Shown here: positions 53,499-64,000 of the stretch, one piece after another
Position numbering within the stretch: the stretch's first letter is position 1
Layout: each line of letters begins with the position of its first letter
NCBI GenBank assembly: GCA_963833955.1
Contig: CAWHZY010000007.1
Span: 111,943-175,942, forward strand
Origin: an uncultured Alphaproteobacteria bacterium
Lineage (GTDB): Bacteria > Pseudomonadota > Alphaproteobacteria > Rhizobiales > Beijerinckiaceae
Reading direction: 5' to 3'
DNA length: 64,000 bases
Notes under the pieces: generated by a model
What the model was told of the DNA's origin: nothing
Database searches by the model: none
Seen by the model: only the letters and a program-made list of their open reading frames with translations
Made by a program: the position numbers and the translations under genes

Positions 53499-53695
53499 CG
53501 AATCGTCCGCCTCATGGCTCGTTTCGCGCGGTGTACCGCGCCTGAACGGTCTTCGCCAGCGAGCGCGGCGAAAACGAGGCGCGAGCGGGACGCGGACCTG
53601 AAAGCGGGGTTAAACTTCGTCCACGAAGCTCGGAGCCGTTGGGGAAACTTGCCGCCCTTGCCTTCCAGCCTTGCGACGGTCTTATACATGCGCGC

Positions 53696-54208
53696 ATGGA
53701 GATTCGCGATCCAATCGCCAAGGGCGCCGAAGCGGCGCCCCAACTTGTCCTTCGCTCGTTGACGAACGCCGACGCAGGCGAGGCGGCCGAAGTCATCCGG
53801 ACGGCCTTCGCCGCGCAGAACCGGCAAACCAGCCCTCCATCGTCGGCCCTTCTCGAAAGCGGACCGTCGATCGCGGCCAAAATCATGGGCGGCGGCGGAT
53901 TCGGCGTCTTCGAGGGCGGCGCGCTTATCGCAGCTGTGCTGTGGAGCCTGAACGACGATGCGCTCCATGTCGCGCGGGTATCGGTTGCGCCTCGGGCGCG
54001 CGGCCGCGGGATGGTCCGCTCGCTGATCGCGGCCTGCGAAACGGAGGCGAGGCGCCGCGGCGTCCGAAGAATGACGCTCAAGACGCGGCTGGAGCTGCCC
54101 GAAAACGAGCGGCTGTTCGAGCGCTGCGGCTTTGCCCGGCGCGAGGTCGAGACGCATTCGGGGTTCGAGACGCCGACGACGGCGGTAATGGAGAAGGTCC
54201 TCGAATGA
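53696..54208 (+). CDS. GNAT-family acetyltransferase
   Basis: RVSVAPRARGRG motif A; LPEN..LF..CGF; ATGA overlap with alr. Confidence 0.8.
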   Translation: MEIRDPIAKGAEAAPQLVLRSLTNADAGEAAEVIRTAFAAQNRQTSPPSSALLESGPSIAAKIMGGGGFGVFEGGALIAAVLWSLNDDALHVARVSVAPRARGRGMVRSLIAACETEARRRGVRRMTLKTRLELPENERLFERCGFARREVETHSGFETPTTAVMEKVLE

Positions 54209-55329
54209 TGGACGTCATGGCTCCTGTCAGTGCGCCGGGGCGCCTGAGGATCGACCTCGCCGCGCTGGCCGGTAACTGGAAGGCGCTTGCGCGCCGGGCC
54301 GCGCCGGGGCGCGCCGCCGCCGTCATCAAGGCCAACGCTTACGGGATCGGCGTCTCGGAAGCCGCGCCGGCGCTATGGGCCGCGGGCGCGCGCGTCTTCT
54401 TTGTCGCCCATTTCAGCGAGGGGATCGCGGCGCGGCGGGCGCTGCCGGCTGAGGCGCGGATCTATGTGCTCAACGGCCTCGAGAGCGGCGCCGGCGCGGG
54501 GGACTATGTCGAGCACCGGCTCGCGCCCGCGATCGGCGGCGAAGCGGAGCTTGAGCGCTGGTCCGCCTTCGCCGCCCGTCGCGGCGAGACCAGTCCGTCC
54601 GCGCTCCATCTCGACACCGGCATGAACCGGCTCGGCTTCGCGTCTCTCGCCCGGTTGCAGGCGGCGATGGCGAGGCATGGCGCGTCGAGCGGCGCTGATC
54701 TCATGATGAGCCATTTCGTCTCGTCCGAGATCCCCGGCGATCCCATCAACCCGGCGCAGATCGAGCTTTTCGAGGCCGCCCGCGCGGCTTTCCCCCACCT
54801 TCCCGCCTCGCTCGCCAACTCGTCGGGCATGTTCCTCGATCCCGCCCCGATCTACGACCTGGGCCGTCCGGGCTATGCCCTCTACGGCGGCAATCCGACC
54901 CCGGGGCGCGCAAATCCGATGCGTCCGGTCGTGACGCTGACCGTGGCCATCCAGCAGATCCGCTCAATCGAGGCCGGCGCGACCTGCGGCTACAACGCCC
55001 AATGGACCGCCAGGCGCCCGACACGCCTCGCGACCCTCCTCATCGGCTATGCCGACGGCCTGCCGCGCGGCGCCGGCGCGACGGATGCGAAGCCGGGAGC
55101 GGAGGTCGCGGTCGCTGGCCGGCGCTCAGCGCTGGTCGGGCGCGTGTCGATGGACCTGACCATCGTCGACGTCACCGACCTGCCCGAGGACGCGGTCCGG
55201 CCGGGCGATCCGGTCGAGTTCTTCGGCCCGACGATTGACCTCGACGATTTCGCCGCCCGCAGCGGCACGATCGGCTACCACCTCTTGACCAGCCTCGGCT
55301 CCCGCCATCAGCGGGACTATGTGCGATAG
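54205..55329 (+). CDS. alr: Alanine racemase
   Basis: AVIKANAYG, HLDTGMNRLG, MSHF, SLANS, GYADG, GRVSMD, TIGY. Confidence 0.95.
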   Translation: MMDVMAPVSAPGRLRIDLAALAGNWKALARRAAPGRAAAVIKANAYGIGVSEAAPALWAAGARVFFVAHFSEGIAARRALPAEARIYVLNGLESGAGAGDYVEHRLAPAIGGEAELERWSAFAARRGETSPSALHLDTGMNRLGFASLARLQAAMARHGASSGADLMMSHFVSSEIPGDPINPAQIELFEAARAAFPHLPASLANSSGMFLDPAPIYDLGRPGYALYGGNPTPGRANPMRPVVTLTVAIQQIRSIEAGATCGYNAQWTARRPTRLATLLIGYADGLPRGAGATDAKPGAEVAVAGRRSALVGRVSMDLTIVDVTDLPEDAVRPGDPVEFFGPTIDLDDFAARSGTIGYHLLTSLGSRHQRDYVR

Positions 55330-55397
55330 CCGGCGCAACCCTTGGCAGCCAGGCGCGGGACCGCCGGTTCGGCTTTTGGGGGGCCAAACGGCTAAAA

Positions 55398-55470
55398 TAA
55401 GCGCCAATAAACGCGCTTAAACGCGCTTAAACGCTAGCAAAAGTGCTAGCGTTTACTAGCGTTTATTTTT
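55398..55470. repeat. 10-bp-period direct/inverted repeat array ending in a T tract (could act as alr terminator)
   Basis: TAAACGCGCT x2, TAAACGCTAGCA-AAAG-TGCTAGCGTTTA, CTAGCGTTTA, TTTTT. Confidence 0.7.
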
Positions 55471-55751
55471 CGGAATCGGGACTTTTCAATGGGTTAGGGC
55501 CGATTTAAATAAGAAGACTTCGCCGTCGCATCTCGCCGTTCCAATCTTCGTTCCGTCCAATCGGCCGGACGCCGCGCGACGAGCAAGTTTTCGATCCGGC
55601 CATACACCGAGGTATAACAGAATTTCCGACTTTCGTAAAGGAAATGCAGCTATGTCTGTTTTCCAGATATGAACCGAATCCGCGCCGCTGTTTGGCGGGA
55701 AGGCGACCGCCCGGACATTCTGATCGCCGCCAATGAGAGCTCAAGTCATCC

Positions 55752-56189
55752 ATGAACGATCGGCTGTTTCCCGGCCGTCCGGTCCTCGCGGTTTCGGCGG
55801 CGGTGTTTCGAGACCGCCGGGCGCTCATCATCCGCCGGGCGCGAGCGCCGCTGCTTGGCCATTTCTCTCTCCCGGGCGGCGGCGTCGAGGTCGGCGAGAC
55901 GCTCGCCGCCGCGCTCGCTCGGGAACTCATGGAAGAGGTCGGAATTGAGGCCGAAATCATCGCCTTTAACCGCCATGTGGAGGCGATTGGCCACGAGGGG
56001 AGCCGAATACGGATGCATTTTGTCATCGCTTCGTTCGTCGCCCGCTGGATTCGCGGCGAGCCGCGCCTGAGCGACGAAGTCGACGCGGTCGCATGGATCG
56101 ACCCGGCCGGCCCCCTGCCCTCGCCGGCGACGCCGGAACTGGGCGAGGTTCTTACGCGCGCGGCGCGGATCGAAGCTGAGCGCCTTTGA
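55752..56189 (+). CDS. NUDIX hydrolase
   Basis: Nudix box GGGVEVGETLAAALARELMEEVG. Confidence 0.88.
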   Translation: MNDRLFPGRPVLAVSAAVFRDRRALIIRRARAPLLGHFSLPGGGVEVGETLAAALARELMEEVGIEAEIIAFNRHVEAIGHEGSRIRMHFVIASFVARWIRGEPRLSDEVDAVAWIDPAGPLPSPATPELGEVLTRAARIEAERL

Positions 56190-56313
56190 GCATGCGCGAT
56201 GTTTGATCTTTCAAGCCGCGGCGACTTGCCGACGGCGACCGGATCCGTCCTTCGGGACCTCACGTCAACGGGGTGTACGCGGTCGGCACAGACGCTTTGA
56301 CGTGTCGCGCCCT

Positions 56314-56769
56314 TTACAGGAAAGCGAAGCCCGGTTTGCTCTGCTCAACTTCGATAATGTAGCCGTCAGGATCGCGCATGTAGCAGCACGTCTCGCCGCG
56401 CTTGTCCATTGGCTCGGTGATAAACTCGGCGCCTCGACTTCGCCAGAGTTCATAGCACGCTTGAATATCCGCAACACGGATAATCATAAAGCTGCTCACT
56501 GAATCGGGGTCGGCGGGGACGCTGAGGGTTACCGATGGTTTGTCGGGTGTCGGACCACCCCCGACGTTGACGATGAGCCACGTGTTCGCGATCTGGATGT
56601 AGCCCGGCGCGCCGCTGCTGTCGCCTCCGCTCAGAATGCGGCCTCCGAACACCGTTTCGTAAAATCGAGCCGATCGTTCGATGTCCGAGACGGTGAGAAA
56701 GTGGGCGATGGTAAACCCATCCTGCGGCGGCATCTGATAGTTTTTCTGCTCGACCTGGACTTGGCTCAT
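56314..56769 (-). CDS. VOC/glyoxalase-family protein
   Basis: LTVSDIERSARFY, RVADI, YMRDPDGYIIE. Confidence 0.85.
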   Translation of the reverse strand: MSQVQVEQKNYQMPPQDGFTIAHFLTVSDIERSARFYETVFGGRILSGGDSSGAPGYIQIANTWLIVNVGGGPTPDKPSVTLSVPADPDSVSSFMIIRVADIQACYELWRSRGAEFITEPMDKRGETCCYMRDPDGYIIEVEQSKPGFAFL

Positions 56770-56834
56770 GGGCGACTCCATCAGGGTATAAGATTTCTCC
56801 GTTCGCCAGAATGCGCACTCTGACCTGAGCCTGA

Positions 56835-57524
56835 CTATTTTGCCTTTTTGTTCAGCGTATCGATCAGAAGCTTGGCGGCCGGGCCGGACGAGGCCGGATT
56901 CTGGCCGGTGATCAGCTGGCCGTCGGCGACCGTGTGGACGCCCCAATCCTTGACCTTGGAAAAGACGGCGCCGAGCTTCATCATTTCGTCTTCGACAAGG
57001 AAGGGCACAACCTTCGTCAATCCTACCGCTTCTTCCTCGCCGTCGGTGAATCCGGTCACCGTCTTGCCCTCGACAAGCACCTTGCCGTCCGGGGTTTTGA
57101 CGTGGCGCAGCGCGCCGGTTGAGTGGCAGACAACCGCGAACGTCTTGCCGGCGGCCAGGAAGGATTCCAACAGCTTGATCGAGTTCTTGTCTTCGGCGAG
57201 ATCCCACATCGGCCCATGGCCGCCGGGGTAGAAGACGGTATCGTAGTCTTGCTGCTTGACGCTATCGAGGCGCACCGTCCTGTCCAGCTGAGAATTGGCG
57301 TCGGCGTCCTTCTCGAACCGCCGTGTGATGTCGGTCTGGAAGTTCGGCTCGTTGCTCTTGGGATCGAGCGGCGGGCGGCCGCCCTTGGGCGATGCGAGGG
57401 TGATCTGGGCCCCTGCATCCTTGAAAACATAGTAAGGCGCAGCGAGTTCCTCCAGCCAGAAGCCGGTCTTGCGGCCCGTGTCGCCGAGCTGGTCGTGGGA
57501 GGTAAGAACCATCAGAACTTTCAT
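56835..57524 (-). CDS. DJ-1/PfpI (Hsp31-like) type 1 glutamine amidotransferase domain protein
   Basis: LTSHDQLG..TGFWLEEL, PGGHGPMWDL, VCH, TGQNPAS. Confidence 0.9.
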   Translation of the reverse strand: MKVLMVLTSHDQLGDTGRKTGFWLEELAAPYYVFKDAGAQITLASPKGGRPPLDPKSNEPNFQTDITRRFEKDADANSQLDRTVRLDSVKQQDYDTVFYPGGHGPMWDLAEDKNSIKLLESFLAAGKTFAVVCHSTGALRHVKTPDGKVLVEGKTVTGFTDGEEEAVGLTKVVPFLVEDEMMKLGAVFSKVKDWGVHTVADGQLITGQNPASSGPAAKLLIDTLNKKAK

Positions 57525-57916
57525 GATGCGCTCCGTTCCTTGGTCGTTGAAGAGTGAACCCGCGTTGCGGTGCTGGCCGGGGCTCGCCCGAGGCGTCGTC
57601 GTCACGATGATGCCGCGTATTCTCGGCCAACGGCCTCGTGGCGCCGGTTTGATAGCCCAGACAGCTGCCGCCGAGAAGGGCTGTTCGCTTAACGCGTCAC
57701 TCGGATTGGCCGGCGCGCCGCTCCTCGACCGGGATGGGTCGAACCGACGCGTTGGCGCCTTGCGTCAGAGCCTGCCGCCTCGACGAGGAGAAAGTCAGTC
57801 ACCATATCATCTTCGCCCTGGCGCGGACTCGCCGGCTCGTCCTCCCATTGGCGCTTTTGGCGCCCGTGTTCTAGAACCGCCCGCAGAGCGGCCTTATTCA
57901 AGCGAATTTTGAGTAC

Positions 57917-60589
57917 ATGAGCGGCGTCAACGACATTCGATCGAACTTCCTCCAGTTCTTCGCCAGGAACGGGCATAACGTCGTGCCGTCGAGCTCGCTC
58001 GTGCCGCGCAACGACCCGACGCTCATGTTCACCAACGCCGGGATGGTGCAGTTCAAGAATGTCTTCACCGGCGTCGAGAAGCGTCCCTACAACCGGGCGA
58101 CGACCTCGCAAAAATGCGTGCGCGCGGGCGGCAAGCACAACGACCTCGACAATGTCGGCTATACCGCGCGCCACCACACGTTCTTCGAAATGCTGGGCAA
58201 CTTTTCGTTCGGCGACTATTTCAAGGACTACGCGATCGAATACGCTTGGGGCCTGCTGACGCGCGACCTGGGGCTGCCTAAGGAAAAGCTCACCATCACC
58301 GTCTATTACGACGATGACGAAGCGTTCAATCTGTGGCGGAAGATCTCGGGCTTACCCGAAGAGCGGATCATCCGCATCGCGACGAGCGACAATTTCTGGG
58401 CGATGGGCGACACCGGCCCCTGCGGACCGTGCTCGGAGATTTTCTACGATCACGGGGACCACATCCCGGGCGGTCCCCCAGGTTCGCTCGACGCCGACGG
58501 CGACCGCTTCATCGAGATCTGGAATCTCGTGTTCATGCAGTTCGAGGCGTTAGCCAGCGGCGAGCGGATCAACCTGCCGCGCCCGTCGGTCGACACCGGC
58601 ATGGGGCTCGAGCGCATCGCCGCCGTGCTGCAGGGCGTGCACGACAATTACGACATCGATCTTTTTCGCGCGCTCATCCGCGCGAGCGTCGAGCTCACCG
58701 GCGTCGATCCCGACGGGGCCCACCGCGCGTCGCACCGGGTGATCGCCGACCATCTGCGCGCCTCCGCCTTCCTGGTCGCCGACGGGGTGCTGCCCTCGAA
58801 CGAGGGCCGCGGCTATGTGCTCCGCCGCATCATGCGCCGCGCGATGCGCCACGCGCAGATCCTCGGCGCGCGCGACCCCCTGATGTGGCGGCTCGTTCCG
58901 GCGCTGACGCGCGAGATGGGCCAGGCCTATCCCGAGTTGATCCGCGCCGAGTTGCTGATCTCGGAGACGCTCAAGCTCGAGGAGACGCGGTTTCGCTCGG
59001 CGCTGGCGCGGGGCCTCGCCATTCTCGAGGACGAGACGCGCACGCTTGGCGACGGCGGCGTCCTCAACGGCGAGACGGCGTTCCGGCTCTACGACACGTT
59101 TGGATTTCCGCTCGATCTCACGCAGGACGCTTTGCGTGCGCGAGGCCTCTCGGTCGACACGGAGGGCTTCAACGCCGCCATGGAGCGCCAGCGCGCCGAG
59201 GCGCGCCGAGCCTGGTCCGGTTCGGGGGAAGCCGCGACCGAAACCATCTGGTATGGATTGCGCGAGCGCGTCGGCGCGACCGAGTTTCTCGGCTACGAGA
59301 CCGAGACCGCCGAGGGCGTGATCAGCGCGATCGTCAAGGATGGCGTCGAGGTCGAGACGCTCAATGCGGGCGAGCGCGGCTCGCTGATCCTCAACCAGAC
59401 GCCGTTCTACGGCGAGTCCGGCGGCCAGGTCGGCGACGTCGGCGAAATCATTGCGTCCGGCTTCCGCGCCGAAGTCACCGACACGCGCAAGAAGCTCGGC
59501 GACCTTGTCGTGCATGACGTGACCATCGTTGAGGGCGCGGCGAGCTTAGGGCTCGCGGTCGAGCTTCAGGTCAATCACGACGCGCGCACGGCGACGCGCG
59601 CCAACCATTCGGCGACCCATATCCTGCATGAGGCTTTGCGCATCGTGCTTGGCGATCATGTGGCGCAGAAGGGTTCGCTGGTCTCGCCCGAGCGGCTGCG
59701 CTTCGACATCGCCCACCCCAAGCCGATCACGCGCGCCGAACTTGAAAAGGTCGAGGACATCGCCAATCACGTTGTCTTGGAAAACGCCGAGGTGACGACG
59801 CGGCTCATGGGCCTCGACGAAGCGCGCGCGTCCGGCGCCCGCGCTTTGTTCGGCGAGAAATATGGCGACGAAGTGCGCGTCGTCAGCATGGGCGAAATCG
59901 ACGACGGCCACGACCACGAGCGGACCTATTCGATCGAGCTTTGCGGCGGCACGCATGTTCACCGCACCGGCGACATCGGCCTCATCACCATCGTCGGCGA
60001 AAGCGCGGTCGCCGCGGGCGTGAGACGCATCGAAGCCAAGACCCGCGACGAGGCGCGCAAGCGGCTCGAGGCCGATTCCCGCGCTTACGCGCGATCTCGC
60101 GGCTTTGTTGCGCGCGCCGGCTGGCGAGGCGACCGAACGGCTCGAAGCGCTGATCGAAGATCGGCGCAAGCTCGAGCGCGAGCTCGCCGACGCCAAGCGG
60201 AAGCTGGCGATGGGCGGCGGCGCGACGACGGAAACCAACGCGCCGCGCGATGTGGCGGGCGTGAAACTCTACGCCCGCGCGGTGAGCGGAGTCGAGATGA
60301 AGGATCTGAAGTCGCTCGCGGACGAAGCCAAGCGAGCGTCGGTTCGGGCGTCGTCGCGATTGCGGCGGCGAGCGAGGACGGCAAGGCGAGCATCGTCGTC
60401 GCCGTCACGCCCGACCTCACGAGCCGCTTCAACGCGGTCGAACTGGTGCGCCTCGGCTCGGCCGCGCTCGGCGGCAAGGGCGGCGGCGGGCGCCCGGACA
60501 TGGCGCAAGCCGGCGGCCCTGACGGCGCAAAGACGCACGAGGCGCTGGCGGCGGTCGAAGAGGGCGTGCGCCGCGCGGCGGGGATGTAA
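57917..60589 (+). CDS. alaS: Alanine--tRNA ligase (two compensating frameshifts, ~60090 and ~60333)
   Basis: [54 protein letters not shown]. Confidence 0.97.
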   Translation: MSGVNDIRSNFLQFFARNGHNVVPSSSLVPRNDPTLMFTNAGMVQFKNVFTGVEKRPYNRATTSQKCVRAGGKHNDLDNVGYTARHHTFFEMLGNFSFGDYFKDYAIEYAWGLLTRDLGLPKEKLTITVYYDDDEAFNLWRKISGLPEERIIRIATSDNFWAMGDTGPCGPCSEIFYDHGDHIPGGPPGSLDADGDRFIEIWNLVFMQFEALASGERINLPRPSVDTGMGLERIAAVLQGVHDNYDIDLFRALIRASVELTGVDPDGAHRASHRVIADHLRASAFLVADGVLPSNEGRGYVLRRIMRRAMRHAQILGARDPLMWRLVPALTREMGQAYPELIRAELLISETLKLEETRFRSALARGLAILEDETRTLGDGGVLNGETAFRLYDTFGFPLDLTQDALRARGLSVDTEGFNAAMERQRAEARRAWSGSGEAATETIWYGLRERVGATEFLGYETETAEGVISAIVKDGVEVETLNAGERGSLILNQTPFYGESGGQVGDVGEIIASGFRAEVTDTRKKLGDLVVHDVTIVEGAASLGLAVELQVNHDARTATRANHSATHILHEALRIVLGDHVAQKGSLVSPERLRFDIAHPKPITRAELEKVEDIANHVVLENAEVTTRLMGLDEARASGARALFGEKYGDEVRVVSMGEIDDGHDHERTYSIELCGGTHVHRTGDIGLITIVGESAVAAGVRRIEAKTRDEARKRLEADSRAYARSRGFVARAGWRGDRTARSADRRSAQARARARRRQAEAGDGRRRDDGNQRAARCGGRETLRPRGERSRDEGSEVARGRSQASVGSGVVAIAAASEDGKASIVVAVTPDLTSRFNAVELVRLGSAALGGKGGGGRPDMAQAGGPDGAKTHEALAAVEEGVRRAAGM

Positions 60590-60650
60590 GCGGCTCAACC
60601 AGAGGCGCAACAGCGCGCTCGCGCAGGGAACAATTCCGCGGAGCCGCAAT

Positions 60651-60745
60651 CGTCATTGCGAGCGAAGCGAAGCAATCCAGGGGAACGTAGGGCGCCCCGC
60701 GGCTCCTGGATCGCCGCGTCGGCCTTCGGCCTCCTCGCGATGACG
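60651..60745. repeat. Palindromic intergenic repeat family B, single copy between convergent alaS and icd
   Basis: CGTCATTGCGAG..GAAGCAATCCAG..CTGGATCGCC..CTCCTCGCGATGACG as in 8289-8701. Confidence 0.88.
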
Positions 60746-60752
60746 AAGCCCC

Positions 60753-61965
60753 CTACGCCATCGCCTTCTTCAGGTTCTGGTCGACCTTGTCGAGAAAGCC
60801 CTCGGTCGAGAGCCACTTCTGTTCGGGGCCGACGAGGAGGGCAAGATCCTTGGTCATGGCGCCGGCCTCGACGGTGTCGATGCAGACTTTCTCGAGCGTG
60901 TCGCTGAACTTGGCGAGCGCCTCGTTGCCGTCGAGCTTGGCCCGATGCGCCAGGCCGCGCGTCCAGGCGAAGATCGAGGCGATCGAGTTGGTCGAGGTCT
61001 CGCGCCCCTTCTGATGTTCGCGGTAGTGGCGGGTGACGGTGCCGTGCGCCGCCTCGGCTTCGACGGTCTGCCCGTCCGGCGTCATGAGCACGCTGGTCAT
61101 GAGGCCAAGCGAACCGAACCCCTGCGCGACGGTGTCCGACTGCACGTCGCCGTCATAGTTCTTGCACGCCCACACGTAGCCGCCCGACCACTTGAGCGCG
61201 GCCGCGACCATGTCGTCGATCAGGCGATGCTCGTAGGTGATGCCGAGCGACTGGAACCGGCTCTTGAACTCGGCATCGTACACCTCCTGGAAGATGTCCT
61301 TGAAGCGGCCGTCGTAGACTTTCAGGATCGTGTTCTTGGTCGAGAGATAGACGGGGTACTTGCGCAAGAGCCCGTAATTGAGCGAGGCGCGGGCGAAATC
61401 GCGAATCGAATCGTCGAGATTGTACATCGACAGCGAAATGCCTGCGCCCGGGAACTTGAACACTTCCTTCTCGATCACCGTCCCGTCCTCGCCCTCGAAC
61501 CGGATGGTGAGGCGGCCTTTTCCGGGAACCTTGAAATCCGTCGCGCGGTACTGGTCGCCGTAAGCGTGGCGGCCGATGATGATCGGCTGGGTCCAGCTCG
61601 GGACCAGACGCGGCACGTTCTTGCAGATGATCGGCTCGCGGAAGATGACTCCCCCTAAGATGTTGCGGATGGTGCCGTTCGGGCTCCTCCACATTTCCTT
61701 GAGATGGAACTCTTTGACCCGCGCTTCGTCGGGCGTGATGGTGGCGCATTTGACGCCAACGCCGGCGGCCTGGATCGCATGCGCCGCGTCGATCGTGACC
61801 TGGTCGTTGGTCGCGTCGCGATTCTCGACCGAGAGATCGTAGTACTTGAGATCGACGTCCAGATAGGGATGGATAAGCTTGTCGCGAAATCAGCTGCCAG
61901 ATGATGCGCGTCATCTCGTCGCCATCGAGCTCGATAACCGGATTCGTGACCTTGATCTTGGGCAT
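60753..61965 (-). CDS. icd: NADP-dependent isocitrate dehydrogenase (probable sequencing frameshift near 61890)
   Basis: [12 protein letters not shown]; [34 protein letters not shown]. Confidence 0.95.
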
Positions 61966-62047
61966 CTTGGGGGACTTTCGTTGAGGGGAGATGCGCGGCG
62001 TGCGGGCGACGAGCCCCTATAGCATCGGCGCCTTGGCGGGCAAAGGC

Positions 62048-62920
62048 ATGCACGACGCGTGCCGCAGGTGGGCTTTGACGGGCGCCAGGGGGAGAGCGAT
62101 CGCGCTTGCCGCGCTCGTGTTTTGCCTGAGCGGCCCGGCTCATGCCGACGCGGGCGCCGAGACCGACAACGCGGTCGCGACCCTGTGCGGGATTGTCGAA
62201 GCGTCCGCCAGGGCGGAGGGGCTCCCGGCCGACTTCTTCACCAAGCTCATCTGGCGGGAGAGCTCGTTCCGGCCGAACGCGGTGAGCCCGGCGGGGGCGC
62301 AAGGGGTCGCCCAGTTCATGCCGGGGACGGCGAGCGAGCGCGGGCTCATCGATCCGTTCGATCCCGCCTCCGCAATCCCGGCCTCCGCGAGGTTCTTGAA
62401 CGAGCTGAAACTCCGCTTCGGCAATTTGGGCCTGGCCGCGGCCGCTTATAACGGAGGGCCCACGGCGGTCGCCCACTGGCTCGCAGGCAAGGGATCGCTT
62501 CCGTTCGAAACGGAGGATTATGTGCTCGCCGTCACGGGCCATAATGCCGATGAGTGGCGGAGCGACAAGCCGCCGGCCGAGCCCGCGCCAGACAAGAGTT
62601 CTTCCTGCCTGAGCCTTGTCGCCACTCTCCGTGTGACCGCGCCCTCCTCCGTCGTCTCGGGCTGGTTTGCGCCCTGGGGCGTGCAGATCGCCGCCAGCTT
62701 CTCGAAAGGATCGGCTTTGCGCGCCTTCGCCCGCGCCAGGCATCAATATTCAAGCGTGATCGGAGACATGAATCCGTTCGTGCTCGGCTCCGTCCTGCGC
62801 AGCCGCGGCTGGCGACCGTTCTACCGGGTCCGCCTGCCGGCTCAGACCGGCGGCGAGGCGCGGAGGCTTTGCGATCGCATCCAGGCCGTCGGCGGCGCCT
62901 GCGCCGTACTGCGGAGCTGA
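62048..62920 (+). CDS. Lytic transglycosylase (SLT) with C-terminal SPOR-like domain (start uncertain)
   Basis: IWRESSF, GAQGVAQFMP.T, AAYNGG, ET..YV; PWGVQI...LC...GGAC. Confidence 0.88.
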   Translation: MHDACRRWALTGARGRAIALAALVFCLSGPAHADAGAETDNAVATLCGIVEASARAEGLPADFFTKLIWRESSFRPNAVSPAGAQGVAQFMPGTASERGLIDPFDPASAIPASARFLNELKLRFGNLGLAAAAYNGGPTAVAHWLAGKGSLPFETEDYVLAVTGHNADEWRSDKPPAEPAPDKSSSCLSLVATLRVTAPSSVVSGWFAPWGVQIAASFSKGSALRAFARARHQYSSVIGDMNPFVLGSVLRSRGWRPFYRVRLPAQTGGEARRLCDRIQAVGGACAVLRS

Positions 62921-63056
62921 GGCGCTCCGCAGCAAGCACCCGCGTCCGGCGGCGGCCAAGAAGGGGCGTTGTTCAACACCGCGAAAGAGTGCAGTCTCCC
63001 GAGCGCGGCGCAATGACAATTCCGCCTGAACGCGAAAGCGCAAGCCTGAGCAAGGG

Positions 63057-63920
63057 TCAGGCCTTCGCGCGCCCGACGCGGTCGAGCTCCGCGAACTCCT
63101 CGTCCGTGAGCTTGATCGCGGCGGCGGCGACGTTCTCCTCGAGATGCGCGACCTTGCCGGTGCCTGGGATCGGCAGCATGACCGGGCTGCGCTTCAGGAG
63201 CCAGGCGAGCGCGATCTGGCCGGGGCTCGCCTTGTGCTTGAGCGCGATCGCGTCCAACGCCGAGCCCGGCTTCGCCGACGCGCCGGCGTCGAGCGGCGCC
63301 CAGGGGATGAAGCCGATGCTGTGCTTCTCGCAATAGTCGAGCGCCGCCTCGCTGTTGCGGTCGATGAAATTGTAGCGGTTCTGCACGGTCGCGACCGGGA
63401 AGACCTTCTGGGCCGCCTCGATCTCGGCGACGCTGACTTCCGACAGACCGGCGCAGCGGATGACCTTGTCCCTGATCAGCGTGGCGATGGCGTCGAACTG
63501 CTCCTTGGCCGGCACTTTCGAATCGATGCGATGCAATTGCCACAAGTCGATGATCTCGACGCCGAGACGCCAGCGGCTCGTATGCGCCTGCTGGATCAGA
63601 TATTCCGGCCGGCCGACGGGTATCCAGATGTTCGGCCCGGTGCGCGTGAGCCCGCCCTTGGTCGCGATATGGATCTTGCCATAGGGTGCGAGCGCCTCTT
63701 TGATCAGCTCCTCGGAAAAATTGGGGCCGTAGGAATTGGCGGTGTCGATGAAATCGACGCCAAGGTCGGGCAGCCGGCGCAGCGTCTTCAAGGCTTCATC
63801 GCGATCGGTGGTCGGGCCCCAGATCCCCTTGCCCACGATGCGCATCGCGCCGTAGCCGAGGCGGTTGACGTCGAAAGCGCCGCCAATGCGAAAGCGGCCG
63901 GAATCACCGGCGTTGGTCAT
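63057..63920 (-). CDS. Aldo/keto reductase
   Basis: [45 protein letters not shown]. Confidence 0.92.
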   Translation of the reverse strand: MTNAGDSGRFRIGGAFDVNRLGYGAMRIVGKGIWGPTTDRDEALKTLRRLPDLGVDFIDTANSYGPNFSEELIKEALAPYGKIHIATKGGLTRTGPNIWIPVGRPEYLIQQAHTSRWRLGVEIIDLWQLHRIDSKVPAKEQFDAIATLIRDKVIRCAGLSEVSVAEIEAAQKVFPVATVQNRYNFIDRNSEAALDYCEKHSIGFIPWAPLDAGASAKPGSALDAIALKHKASPGQIALAWLLKRSPVMLPIPGTGKVAHLEENVAAAAIKLTDEEFAELDRVGRAKA

Positions 63921-64000
63921 GGGTTCTCTCCGAGAGTTCTTGCTTGAGCGCCTTCAGGGCCAGCTGGCCAGCGGGGGCATCGAGGATAATATCGAAGCAA

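Noticed and set aside
55417-55430. CtrA box
   Set aside because: TTAA-N6-TTAA rather than N7 (and N8 at 24510-24525); explained by the repeats.
430-61890. Programmed frameshifting or mass pseudogenisation (iorB, MBL, SDR, ybgC, radical SAM, yghU, MFS, yejE, yejB, alaS, icd)
   Set aside because: Single-base indels occur even in alaS and icd, with no shared slippery motif and otherwise intact sequence; typical of long-read error.
2119-63947. Long antisense and alternative-frame ORFs (e.g. 2119-3627, 3850-5298, 19106-20596, 21988-23634, 47393-49612)
   Set aside because: Shadows of real genes in high-GC DNA; no recognisable motifs.

Overview
High-GC alphaproteobacterial chromosomal segment (Hyphomicrobiales; gene set and repeat families suggest a Roseiarcus/Beijerinckiaceae-like organism, which is an inference). 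Bases 1-18.6 kb hold a catabolic region: iorAB-like genes, a peptide-type ABC transporter, a Liv-type ABC transporter, MBL hydrolase, isochorismatase, SDR, 3-hydroxyacyl-CoA dehydrogenase and a beta-keto acid cleavage enzyme. The rest is mostly housekeeping (gnd, yghU, degP-hflC-hflK, corC-like, aroK-aroB fusion, EF-G paralog, ihfB, rppH, ATPase zeta subunit, deoB, yejABEF, alr, alaS, icd). I see no tRNA, rRNA, CRISPR array, transposase or phage gene. About a dozen single-base frameshifts, including in alaS and icd, indicate long-read consensus error. Main non-obvious signals: (1) damaging substitutions and some indels fall on GANTC (CcrM) sites; (2) two palindromic intergenic repeat families that tandem-duplicate with flanking sequence, one forming a chain of ATGA-coupled mini-ORFs; (3) a ~42-bp double-hairpin module nested in different loops of a host repeat; (4) a stand-alone GcrA C-terminal domain; (5) an AT-rich element with 10-bp phased repeats and an IHF-like site. 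No new multi-gene system can be established from sequence alone.
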